A stretch of 64,000 nt of DNA, taken from Lingula anatina. Taxonomy: Eukaryota; Animalia; Brachiopoda. The notes beneath the pieces were generated by a model that did no database searches, was not told where the DNA came from, and saw nothing but the letters and a program-made list of their open reading frames with translations. Where the stretch lies: NCBI GenBank assembly GCA_051362555.1, contig CM120640.1:19406001-19470000 (forward strand), written 5' to 3'. Positions 1 through 12,989 of this stretch are shown piece after piece; the stretch's first letter is position 1, and each line of letters begins with the position of its first letter. The position numbers and the translations under genes are program-made.

Positions 1-556
1 TTTTAATTACCTAATATTTTTTCAGTACTTAATATATTTAGAGGGAGAGTTAGAGTGTTATCAAATAAATACAACTCGTGATATGATAAAAATAAGCCTT
101 TTTAGGACAAAAGATATTTTTTTATGATATTTCTGTATTTATATAATGAACAGGTTAAGGGCACTGTTTAAGAAGAGTGTGTTTGTATGTATGTGCTTGT
201 GTGATTTGTACACGATTTACGTCACATGCAGGAGAATAAGTATTATTTGTTATTATCTTTCTCTCTTAAGGTAAAAGTTAAATATATGTTTACGTTATGT
301 CTAGGCAGGTTTACAAGTCTTGGTTGTCCAATAATTTTCATGTTCAGACAATGTTTCTTCACATTTTTAGCCACAACATTTGTCTGTGGTCACTGCCGCT
401 CACTTTTCACTGCGAATGGAATAAATGAAAATGAAACTTAGAGGCTTTATATTCTCGAACCAGTCGCATTGATTCATAGCACAGATTAAGTACAAATTGT
501 ATTTGAACATTTTTCTGGAAGTTATTTATTTATATGTATATATAAAATAAGACCAT

Positions 557-559
557 ATA

Positions 560-628
<69 letters not shown>
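557..628. repeat. (TG)n(TA)n microsatellite
   Basis: Directly visible. Confidence 0.95.
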
Positions 629-630
<2 letters not shown>

Positions 631-699
631 TCTTTTTTATTTATTCTTTTTCTTAAATGACATTTTCACTCCAGTACTTGTGACTGAAAAGTTAATACA

Positions 700-1125
700 G
701 CTAGATTGAATAGCAGCTTTCTTGGAATATTTTTGTTATATTTTCTTTTTTCATTTTTCATTTTTCAAACATTTTCAAGATGTGAATTTTCACTCCCATC
801 CACCTGAAGCTCTGTACAAGTAACTTTTTCTGTATTTCCGTATAAACAAAAATAGTAATGGTGTTTATGCTGTTAAGCATTATGTATTATTATTTTGTGT
901 ACTGTTACCATTTTTCACATATTGGAATTTTCATTATGAACTCTCATGGTCCTGAAACTAAATTCTTATTGCCCATGTTACCTGTAAGACTTGATTAAAA
1001 TTTGGCATTGATTGTGCTGTTATAAGCATTCTTTATTATTGTATCAAAATTGACAAAATGACCTATTTTGTGCATCTTTGTTTTCTGCTTTTTGTCTGTA
1101 CATTTGACAGCTTTGCTGCCTTGTT
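700..1125 (-). mobile_element. Partial Helentron/HINE-like element, reverse orientation
   Basis: 1093-1125 (tgtctgtacatttgacagctttgctgccttgtt) is the reverse complement of the element start at 29279 and 36843. Internal blocks such as cccatccacctgaagctct match ~36843-37390. Left boundary approximate. Confidence 0.75.
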
Positions 1126-1306
1126 CAGTATGTAAATCATCTACATATAGTTATAATTGTTCATATGAATTGAAAGATGGCCAGCTTACAATATTTATTT
1201 TTCATCTTTATTTGAAATTGAAAGTAGTAAGAAATATATTTAGTATGTCCTGTTTTCTTAAAAGTTTATCACATGTTCATATTTGCTGAATTGCTTTTTT
1301 ATGCAG

Positions 1307-2352
1307 GTACTTAGACAAAGTGAGCTCAGAGGAGAGCAAGAACTTTGATGGTCATTATTTCAGGGAGTCTTTAGCTAGTCCACAACCAAAACCTTGGGAT
1401 CAGGTGTGTATTTAATTTTCACAAAAAAAAAAACACATCTTTGCCTTCTTTATCACCAGGCTATTTTCCAGTGCTTAACTTGAGGTGCTGTTTTTTCCCC
1501 TAAAGCATTTTTTTTTCAATTTATATTTAAAGCAAAGTGAAGCTCATTCACTACGAACATTTAAAAAAAAACTACACATTTAGAACATCAGAATATTAGT
1601 GGTTACATTAACAGAAAACATCAATCTTTCTTACTATGATTATTTATCAAACACAAACCAAAATACTTTCATGCCATTAGCTTTCAAGCAAACTTGGACA
1701 TAGGTCTTCATCAGACTTCATATACGATCAAACTACAAAGTTAGTGAACAATTTTGCTCATCAGTCTTTCTTTTTTTTTTTAAAGGATTGGGCCAGGCAG
1801 AGGAGAGATACAGACTTGTACCCAATTCCACCATTGCAGCCAGCAAGAGAAAAACCTAACTATGCAGGGATCACTAATCCAGATGAGGTAGGTACAGGGT
1901 ATAGTTGTTACATTTTCTGATCTAAGTTGTATTCACACAAGGACTCACTTAGACTAGAAATAAACTAATATTGTTGTCATGAGATGACTGTAATAATTGA
2001 TATTCAGTGCTCTAAGACATGCTTGGTTTCCTTCAAGGCTTTTTAATCTAGCCACCAGGTGAGTTCTATTGGTACAGGAAATTTTTGGTCACATTTTTTC
2101 CTGTTTTGAACATAGAATTAAGAAGATTTTTAAAATTAATATTATCACTCACATGTTTTGAGCAAGTCATCTATAAACTCGTCTGTTATCTTTTCCAAGT
2201 TTGGCTGAAAAGATTCTGTTTTGAGTGATTGTTTGTTTTATGTCAGTTTATCTTTTCAAACATCTTTATTTTCATCTTTTTTTTTACATCAGATCCTTAG
2301 ATTGGCAACCACAGAGCTTTCAAAACAACAGGCCAAGTTGAACCAATTTTAG
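1307..2352 (+). CDS. 3' exons of an unidentified protein-coding gene (5' part outside window)
   Basis: Exons 1307-1403, 1786-1887 and 2293-2352 have AG/GT boundaries and splice in frame: YLDKVSSEESKNFDGHYFRESLASPQPKPWDQ|DWARQRRDTDLYPIPPLQPAREKPNYAGITNPDE|ILRLATTELSKQQAKLNQF*. AATAAA at ~3157. Family not recognised. Confidence 0.7.
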
Positions 2353-3588
2353 TCAGCTTTAACGGGTATACATGGGTTCAAAATGATGTCACTCTTTCCC
2401 ATGGCTGCACAACTTGTCTCCAGTGACAAGGATTTCTTTACAAATAGAGGAAAAAATGGACCATAAAATCTATATCAGTGAATGACAGATATATTGGCAA
2501 GTGATGCATTCGAGAGGGCTAGAAAAGCTCCTTACAATTTAAGCCTTCAAAAGTTATTCTTCTTTGTACTACCAGTTTTATTAGAAAGATGCAAATTAGA
2601 AGTCAAATTGCATGCTCCATGGAAAGCTGGGAAAAGATTGTTAATGGGACTTAAGTAGCCAGACAATCTCTGTGTCTGTCTAGTAGTGATGTCAGCTAGT
2701 GTAATCATTCTGTGTATACGGAAGGTATTTGTGCCAAAAATCATTGATAGTCTGTGATAAACTAAATTGAAGCATAAGATATGCTTCAGTATTCAACATA
2801 TCTTTTTTAAACAAACTTTTGATAATGGTTTAAGAATTAAACAATTATCAGTGTCATTGATAGTTCAGTTCTGTAACTTTAAATTTGACAGTTGGTTGTG
2901 ATTTAATATATATATATATATATGTTGAGTTAGGAAAAATATTTGTAAAGACTAATTTCTGTAAAAATGAGTGTAATTTTTCTATAATTTGTGAAAACAT
3001 CTTTTATTTTTATTTTAATGTAAATAATGATGAAAGGCAATTAAGTTTCCATATTGCTATAAATTTTAAAAATTGCTTTATTTGCTACAGTTAATTGATA
3101 ATAATACATATATATGAATATTGTTACTATTATATATTGAATTTGTAGCACCTTTCAATAAAAGTAAGACCTGCTCACTAAAAAGAAACTGCCCTTTTCA
3201 CCTATTACTGTACCAGGTCCATTTCATGTAGCTTTCAATGTTTGCTTCACTTCACTTTTCACCTTTGTGTTCCTTGTATGGAATTTAAACATTGGTGTAA
3301 AATCTGTTTCAACAGTCTGGTCTCTCTGCATAGTCTTAAGGTGAAGTTTTTAAGTTTAAAAACTTAGTTTCAAGATGAGATAAACTAAGTATGTGGCTGA
3401 TTGTCTACAATTCCTTTACAATATTCTGATGCTTCTATTCAATATCATATCATTAGAAGCTGGAATGATGAAGGAATTTACATGCTAGCTAGAATAAATG
3501 AATTGGCCAGTAAATGATTCTCCTGAATACATTTAGTTTTTCATGGTGTCATTTTACTTTATCTCATAACATGTCCTGTAATTGTTCT

Positions 3589-6500
3589 TTATGTAGTTGC
3601 AGCGTGTGTCCTTCTCAAGCTGTTATAAATCATTTGGACACCAGCCATATTTTTCCTATTTTTTCCCAAGCCAACCAGAACTCCTTTTGGTGAGCACACG
3701 GTCAATAGTATGAATCACCCCATTGGTTGCTGACTGATCACATGATGTGATGTAAGAATCCTCCACAACTGGTGTGCCGTTGCGATTACGATTTAAGTTA
3801 AGGGAGGAGCCACCCAGTGTCTCCACCTGCTGGCGAAGAAAGAAACTCCTTTTGTAGATGCCAGCACAACACAGAACCTCTGGAATGATTGAAATAATGT
3901 ATAAGTACCATATAGTTATAAAAATGGTGATATCACTATTATGTTAAACACTTCTTGTTCTGCTTTAAAAATAAGAATTTACAGACTATGTACATTTCAG
4001 TAAAATTTCCGAAATAACACTCTTTTTAAATGGGGCAATGTTTGGAATATCCTATCTATTTACAATTATAACCCTTGTCATCTATATACCTGGCAAAACA
4101 TGGCGCTGAATAAGAGCTTTCAGTTCCTCAGGGTCCTCCAGCAAGTCTCCGTCAACATATCGCAAAGCCTGGAATTTGTTTGGTTTAATTATTTTTACAT
4201 TTACTTGATGCAAAACTATATTATAATGCATGCCCTTACGAAAATGTCCTATAGGATCCTATAGGATCCTATAGGAAATTGGCCCAATTTCCTATAGGAT
4301 CCTATAGGACTTTTTCGTTAGGGTGTATCTGCACTAATAGTACTGGATAATGCACAAAACACTGGCAGCCAGAGTTACAGTCATCAGATATGCTAACGAG
4401 TATCTAAAAATCAATGATCACAAAAAAAAAAAAAAAAAAAATGAAAGGGAAAATGATTAAAAAAACAGAATCTGCAAAATTACTAAAAACATCCAAGAAA
4501 AACATATTACCTGATTGGTTGGGGCAAAGATGGTCAGCTGACCTCTTCTCAAAGTATCCTCTAAACCAGCTCTAGTGATCAGCTGCACCAGGCGACTGTA
4601 TTGGGCATCTTTTTGGAGGAAGGAGAACATATCCTCTTTGGGAGGTGTCATTACCTGGTCAAGCAAGTGGACGACACCATTGCAAGCAGAGAGGTCAGTC
4701 TTTGCAATGGGTGCACACTGGGCTGTCTTTGTGTAGGCCCCTCCAAATGGAAACTATGGTGAAAATTAAAAGTCTAAGTGCTTAATGGTATATTTACATA
4801 TTGTTAAAATTATTATGCAGACTACAGATGCAATTTTACTACAACAATTCTTAAGCATTATAATGATATCAAAAACATTTAACAGTCCTAATCAAGGTAC
4901 AGTTTTAGTAGTGGAAAATCTGTTTTCTTTTCCAAACGTTACTCAGAGTAATAAAAAACTCTTATATCTCAACAAAAAACTTTCTCTTAAATCTAATCTA
5001 AAGACATAAAACACTTCATATGCTTATTATAATTCACAATCTATTCAGTGTTTTTTTTTTTTTTTTACAGTGTGCATTTAAATAGAAGACAATTTTAGCC
5101 CCCAGAATAAAACTCACCGCAGCATACTCTCCAATCTGTATGGTGCTGGGCACTTCTGGAGTGTGGTCAACGGTGGTAACATTCTGGCCACCTCTCAGGT
5201 CAGCACAACCCAAGCGAGGTGTGACCACATGGTATCTCAGCAGCTGCCTCAAGGCAGACCTGTCACGCTGCAGGTTTTCTTTGACATCTCTGGGAAGTTT
5301 CTGGAAATTCAATTTGTGCATGTATTCATGATAGACTTTAAAATTTAATAACATTTTGTGCATATTTGTGTCTTTAGCGTAATCTACAATTTGCCCTATA
5401 TGATTTAGAATTTGACATTATTTCAGACCAAGGAGTTATCTGTTATAACTCCTTGTTCAGACACAGAACACTATGGTATAATTTTTAATGAAAAATTCCA
5501 AATGCTAAATACTGTGTGCAATTATTGAGAATTTAGATCATAATTCATAATTGACACATTTGAAGTTATTACCTGAATAGCTTCATCAGTTGGAGCAAAG
5601 AGGGTGAAATTGGTCAGCCTCTCCAAATCTGCTGCAAGGCCTGCACTTTCAACCAGTTGTTTTAGTTGTGAAGCACCTTGCTTCTCTAACACATCTAGCA
5701 CACTCAAGCCTAATCAAAGAAAATTGTGTTACTTATCCTCCAGCAGGCCAGGTCTGCAGATTAATTTTGTGCACTTTTCAGTCGTGCGAGAATTCCAGAA
5801 AATTGTTTCAGGAACTAGACTGACATATCTAGTGAAAAATCAATCTGGTAGAGGGCAGTTTTTACTAATCCTTGTGAAATTGAGTTTTCAAGAAATAGAA
5901 AGAGATTTAGTCTTTATGAAAATAATAAATAAATTAATCAATTTAACATTTAAAAGATAAATATATATTAGAATTTCATAGTGAAATGTTCATTTTTGTA
6001 TTTTAGTAAGCTAATTAACCAAACATACCAGAGTCTGGCACAATTACAGCATCAATGATATGCACCACTCCATTACTCCCCATGATGTCAGTGGCCACCA
6101 CTTGAGCTGTGCCATCCACAAACACCTTGCCATTCTCATCTCGAGTGATGTTGACAAAGTCATCCATTATATTACGTGTTTTGATCTTCCCCTGCATTAT
6201 GCCAGAGCAGATGACATTGGACAGGACATGGTGCTTCAGGACATCTTTTTTTAAAGAAAAAAAACTTGTGAATAATTTGTGTATTCTAAAGCTTTTCTGT
6301 CACTCTAGACGCATCTTATTTTACAACATCCCATAATAATATGGTTCTTTATAAAATTAACTTAGACACATGTACATAAAAAGTGTGTGAAATATTAAAG
6401 AAAAATTCAAAATTTGAGAGTCATTTTATAATATCTTCTTACTTTTCAAACAGTTCTCCCCTTTCATGAGTTTCTCTCTGGCTGAAGGGGGCAGCTTGGC

Positions 6501-9212
6501 AAAGGCGGCATTGGTTGGTGCAAATAGGGTAAACTGACCAGGAGTCTTCAAAGTGGACACCAGACCAGCACTGCCAAGGACTGAAAGACACAATTCATTC
6601 CTAAAGTTATGGATGTCAATATAACTTTAAGTTCAGAGTTAACTTCAAATAACATCAAATAAATTTGCAGTAGATTACCCAAAATTCAGCAAAATATATA
6701 CATGTACAAAAAATTGTCCTTCTTATATTGTACCTGTCTTGAGTGAGCTAAGTTCTGGGTTCTTGCTAACAATATCCATAACAGTATCTGTGGCTGGCTT
6801 CAGGACCCTGTCCACTTTGTGAATGACCCCATTGATGGCTTGGTGGTCAGATGACAGCACCTTGGCACAGTTGATGGTGGTTAACTGGAAAGAAGTAAAT
6901 AATGGATTGTATAAAGCTTGCAGTAAATTGTGAAATTTAATATTATTGCATAAAGCACACAAAAAAGTTAAAATTGAAATGAGTTGTTATTTGACTGGTT
7001 AAGTGTACGTGTACAAAAAACTTATAAAATGGAATTGTAAATGAAAACTTTTATGTAAATCTTTATGATAATGTATTTGTAAGGTTTAAAGATGAAAGAA
7101 GTCATAATTGATTGTCTAAAATTAAGAAAATAGTATTGGTTTTATCAGAATTAACTGGGATGTGTCCTCATCTTACCCTGCGTGGCACATCATAAAGGTT
7201 GGTCCTTAACTTGACAGGTGGCAGCACTGTACTGATAAGGTTCTCATCAGTGAAGTTGCTTGATTTCAGGAAGCCAGGCACCACATGGCCCTCAAGTACT
7301 GCCCGCAGGTCACTGGCCATCTCTGCAAGGGTCCCGTCCACTAATATAACACCAGGGAGAAGCTTCTGAAACATGCAACCTTTTACTTTTATATCTTACT
7401 ATAGTTTTTCTTTAAATTTGATAGAGTGTGCGTTGCTTAAATTTGATTAAATTTTGAAACTTTTCCAATAACAACTTTTATTTCTAGGACTGTGAGAAAG
7501 TATATATATTTGTATTAGGAGCTGCAATGGTTTGTTTCTGATAAGCCAATTCAAAAGTTAGCATGTTATTTCCTTAAACCTCTTTTACTTACATAAGGTT
7601 CCTAATATTGCAAGCAGTGTTGGATTTTGGACAAATGACTCATGGTTGTTTCATAAGATGTTTTTAAGCTAGGATGTTATTCAAGAAGAAAGGATTGGAT
7701 GGCAGCCATTAAGTCACTGCAACCTTTTGCATGTAGAAAGGTCCAGATGTCTGAAAACTATGGGCCTTTTTATTGCAAGACAAGGTTTATAAAGAACACA
7801 TGCCGGAATGAAACCAAAAAAAAAATTGCTTTTTTCCACTTAAAAACATCTGACAAACATTTCTCTTGCCAAATACACCCAATAAATCTTCATCTATAAA
7901 AAACTGTTAGATAATCTAAAACAGCATCTTTAAGAGTCAATTCTCTATTAGAATTAATTTTTCTAACCAAAAGTAAAACTGTATCAGTGAAAAGGGTGAA
8001 GTACCAAATGCAGTATCTACACAGCCATCTTTCTCTCATAAAAAAACATCTGATCAAGGAGTTACAACAGTTGTAACTCCTTGATCTGATACAGCATTTG
8101 ACGCACTTTAGTTCCTGTTGATTATAATATGAAATCAACTTAAGCAAAAAAACATGAGCCTAGTAAGCATTAATTTTAAAATGGTTTTGTTTATAAAACT
8201 TAAAAGAACCCAAAGTTAATTTCAAAAATTTAGCCAAGATAGTATCCAAATAGTATTTATGCTAGAAAGCAAACCAATTTACAGTGAAGATTATTATTGA
8301 CTTAACCAGGGGGCCAACAGTGATACAGGAAACACTATTAAGCTTTTCTTACATTACGTTATTATTATTAATATTTAATTATTCTTCTTCTTCTTCTTCT
8401 TCTTCTTCTTATTATTATTAATTATTTATTTTTTGCATTTTGCATGCATGCAAATATGTTAAATGAAAGTAAGAGAATGTCCTTCCTAGATTCCTCCTCC
8501 CCCCGCCCCAAATTTTCGGAGGAAGTATAAATCCTTAGTGTGTCAGTGGATACAGTAAGTATAATTACCTGTGAGTCTTTCTCCAGGTATGCCTTGATAG
8601 CCTCATTGGTTGGTACAAACAATGTTAGATTTTCAACTTTCAAGGTATCTGTTAGACCAACACTGTCCACAGCCCTTAAGAACTCATCTGAGTCCAGATC
8701 TCTGGCAGTCTCCACCAAGTTCTTCAGTACTAATTCTATTATAAAAAAAGGTCTCAGAGTGACAAAATGTAGTTTTTCTTGAAATAAAAAAAAAAACTAG
8801 TCTAAAATGGAACTTATATATTCTATAGAGAATGTTAGAACATTTCATTTTTTAAAGTGAAATATTCAAATGTAAATGGCCATTTAAAAAAAATTGATAT
8901 GATGTTCATCCCAATTAAATACATTTAACTAATAGAACTAGCATTTCTAAGTCAGGCACTGATCTTCTGAAAACACTCAAAACTTTTTTATACATTCGTT
9001 CTTCTCTTTTTCAAGAAATCTTTAGGCCTTCTTTTTTTAACCATGTACTTAAAAGCACAGTCAGTTGTGTTAAAACTCTCCACAGGAAACAGAATGAAGT
9101 ATTTATAAACTGTTGTTTTTTTTATTCAAATGTGAAAGGGATGTAGTGACAATCCCATGTGGCAGAAAGTAAACTTTCAGATAAAAAAGAGAAACTTTTC
9201 TTGACAGAATTT

Positions 9213-9246
<34 letters not shown>

Positions 9247-12200
9247 CAACCACCCAGATATTATTTTTTTCTGCACTGAAATGGCAGATGCACTGGTTGT
9301 TTGGCAGCACTTGCTCTACTCCCCCTTGAACTCACAATTTACAGACACACTGAATTTTTTCTCAAATTGCTTAATATTATTTAATTTTTTCTCAAATTGC
9401 TTAATAATATGGAAAGAAGTCTCTCTCTTCCTTTTTGTGCAATGAAAATAAAATACTACGAATGAACAGGAATTAATACAAAAAGATCAAACTGGTTATT
9501 ATTTAATTCATTTTTTTGTTGTTTGTTTGTTCTGAGCCATAAGTACTGGTAAATGTCACATAAGACAACAGTTTAAAAGAGAAAAAATCTAGCATCATAT
9601 AGGTTCCTAATAATACATAATGATATTGCTAACATCAAGAACTTATACATACTCTTAGTGCATCCAGATGCCCCTGCTGGTTTTTCAAAACCATGGCAAC
9701 ATTCATAGGTAACAACAAATGACCTCTTGATACCGTAGACTGTGACGCTGTGAAATGCAATTTCATAGACGGTAATGCTTGAATTGAAGCCAGATCAGTT
9801 TGCTGGAGTTAATTTATAGTTTTGAAGACAAGATAGCAGAATACAGTTCTTCCTGTGCTTTTATTACCCTCTGATATCAGGGGTCTCTAAAATAGTATAC
9901 AGAATTTAAGTATGCCATGCAATTATTTTGTAATAGACTACTGTAACCCAGTGGTCAGAGTGCATGCTTTAATACTCACCAAAAGATGCATACTATTTTA
10001 ATATTTAAAAACAGAAAGTAAAAGAGTGAGAGGCCAAGAAAAAAAAGAAGGCATGAGAAAGAATCAAAATCAATAAATGAATGCACGATTGAATCATGAA
10101 CAAATAAATAGTTTTAATGACAAATAAAACAAATAAAAAATATGTTAAGAAACTATAAGTGAACAAGTTTTTCTTACTCTGTAGTGCACTTGTATGATGT
10201 TTCTGTTTCGTCACAGTAGGAGTTGGCAAACACTCTGTGGTGAGTCACAATACCTGGAACAGTCTCGTTCCTCTCTTCCCTTGTCACACACACATTAGGT
10301 CTAAAAAATTGCAATGGTTAAGATTACTAGAAGCAGAGAACTTGAATACTGGACTTAAATCTTTTTGTGTTGGTGTTTTTATTTCAAAGAAGCAAAGGGA
10401 AAACAACTCAACACTTTTATTTGTTTGCCTCTGAAAATCATTTATATCAACTAGAGGACTTTGTTTTGGTTTATTTTCTTATATATCAAAATGTTTAATA
10501 TTTGGATAATTTTTTCACATGATATACAATAGGCTTATTGTCTTATAACTGAAATTTGATAAGGACCCATTGAAGTTTCATTAGATAACTGCCCCTATAC
10601 CCAAGTGTGTGTTCTTAGCTTTGATATTACCCATGTTCGCATGTGTATACACTATGATAAACAAAGTGTGAAGACATACCCCAACACTTAAAAATTTGCA
10701 ATTCTTAAATTTGTTGAACTCCTATATTAAAATAACAACTAATATCATCTAACTAACTCGCAATTGTTTTTTTTTTTTTTTAAGCTCCTAATAGAAAAAC
10801 TCCAAAAATAGCCAATTGTGTAATTACTTAAGTTTCCCACTAATGTGCTGTGAATAAAGCACAAGATATTCTCAAACATACGGATGTTATTTGTTCACAA
10901 ACTTCTTTCAAACTAATTTTGGACACAATTTTCTTTCTTTTTTATTGTGTAGAGCGGTTTTGTATTCATATGTCAGTGACAAACCAATTCAATAAGGAAT
11001 AATACATATACATTACAAAACATATTATGAAATCTTTTATATTACTTATATTAGCGTTTTTTTTTTATTCTACATTCTATTGTATAATATACAATAAGTT
11101 GACCATATTACAAGTACTGCAGTTAAAGAAAGTATTTCAGATGCAAAATCCTCTAATTTAAAAAAAAGTTCAAAACATATCCTTAAACTCACCCTTTCCA
11201 CCAGGGTTTTGGTGGACCACTAAATATTCTTCTAAAGATATTTGGCCATTTCCCTTCATGTTGTGAAAAAATACTATCCCATCCCAGGCTGAAAAGGAAG
11301 AAAAAGAAAATATACCAGTACAAAGCTGCTTTAACACTCTACCAAATTTAATCAAATCAAGACTAAATATTCAATTTCTGCAAAAAAGTAAAATGTATAA
11401 AATAAAATAAAGGTTTAACACAATCAAATTCTGATTCTACCAAATTAAATCAAATCAACATTGACTATTAAGGAACAGTAAGACACAACTATTTTGAAAA
11501 CTTGCATTGGAATATTACATAAGGTTTTGAAACATCATGGTCATTTGCAACTGCAATTACATAGCTTCTAAATGAAGGTTACAATAAGCAACTAAATGTT
11601 GTCAATGGATAGCCAATGCATATTCCTGCAGTTTGCCACATTGCCACAACATTTACTGAAATAGCATAATTAACATAGGCATTCTTTTGAGAAACTTTAC
11701 AGGGTTGAAAAAACAAAAACAGCACAAGCCATTATCAATTTAGAAAGCAACGATCAAAGTGGCGCAGTGTTTAAGAGTGCTGAAACATTTACCAGTATTG
11801 TAAAGTGCTTATGATCACATATTCCAATTAAGTCTGTCTGTTTTCTCAATCACAAGAACATATTCCATGAAAACACTTTTGGTATGTTTATACCAACCTA
11901 CCATATAGTGGACAGCACGTGACTGAACGTTTGTTTTGTGGCCAACTGAGAAATGTATGTGGAGCTCATGCTTACAGGATATTCTTCCATTTTTTTTAAA
12001 TTAAATTAAATTTAATTTTTGAACAACATATTGGCAAACATATGTTGATTAAATTAACTTATGAAAGTTAAAAAAGTTTTGGCAAGAAGTCTTATTAAAG
12101 CCAATTGGTTCATAATGTATGATACTTGCAAACTTCAGAGATTGACAAAGAGCAAATTTAGTTAAGGCTATATACATCTACACAAGTCACATGTACACAA

Positions 12201-12742
12201 ATCAAGATGTAATGAAAATCACCATTCCACAAATTCAAATTGTATATATATTCACTTTCTGAAGTAGATATCAACTTTCATGTCACCACATGATTGAAAT
12301 CAATTTGAAAAACAATTAAATCAGGCACAAAATTATTTTATTAATATTAAATTGTGGGAATGACTTCAATGAAAAGTCATTCCCACAATTTAATGACATA
12401 TCCAAAAATTTCCAAAAAAATCAAAAGACAATATACTCACTTAAGTCCACCAACTTTAATGTTGAAGTTCACATCTGGTTCTGAAGTAGAAGGCAGCGGT
12501 TCTATTGTAGGTATAAAAAGTTCTGGTGCAAGTTCATCCTCGTCCAACTCTCCTGGCTGTTCCCCTCTGTTCCCTCTGTTTCCTCGTTCACGATCACGGC
12601 GCTCAGAGTTGCGGATCCATTTCATCCAGTTATCTGGATCCCAGCCTCCATCATCACTGTGAAATGAGCCTCGTGGCCGAAATCCGCAGTTAACTCCCAC
12701 CAAAATAACTAGAATTAACACAGACAAGATGCTGGTATTCAT
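3589..12742 (-). CDS. Secreted TGFBI/periostin-like fasciclin protein (signal peptide, EMI-like Cys-rich domain, four FAS1 domains)
   Basis: 14 phase-consistent exons: 12742-12441, 11288-11193, 10300-10178, 9747-9653, 8735-8569, 7365-7177, 6884-6734, 6580-6443, 6244-6029, 5709-5573, 5300-5118, 4753-4511, 4168-4090, 3879-3589. Hydrophobic N-terminus MNTSILSVLILVILVGVNC; PWWKGPNVC...YECCHGF; four T(L/I)F(A/V)PT(N/D) H1 motifs and four NGV(I/V)H H2 motifs. Confidence 0.93.
4233..4323. mobile_element. 91-bp palindromic MITE with CCC...GGG ends
   Basis: cccttacgaaaatg-(tcctatagga)x3-aattggcccaatt-(tcctatagga)x2-ctttttcgttaggg, flanked by tg on both sides (possible 2-bp TSD). CMC/EnSpm-like assignment is inference. 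Confidence 0.65.
9214..9245 (+). repeat. Poly-G tract
   Basis: About 32 consecutive G in fasciclin gene intron 4. Confidence 0.9.
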
Positions 12743-12982
12743 AGTAGGTGCAAAAGCTTGGAGTTGTACAACTGTCCCAAGTCTAACACTTTAGAACTAT
12801 TGCCCGAAAAGAAAAAGCTTAAAATTAATGATGTTTAATAAAGTGTCCAAGTGGTGTCTTTGTTTTGCCCTTGTCTCAAACAAAACAGAATGGCTTGAAT
12901 GATTTCTGCACAAAGCACACAGTGTGAACCCTTCTGATAAGACAAGAGGCAAGTTGGCAGCAAACAACTTCTGTTTCCCAGC

Positions 12983-12989
12983 TTAAATA
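12983..12989 (-). promoter_or_regulatory. Candidate TATA box (TATTTAA) of fasciclin gene
   Basis: About 240 bp upstream of the ATG on the minus strand; motif only. Confidence 0.35.

Noticed and set aside
9122-9310. Poly-proline ORF
   Set aside because: Artefact of the poly-G tract.
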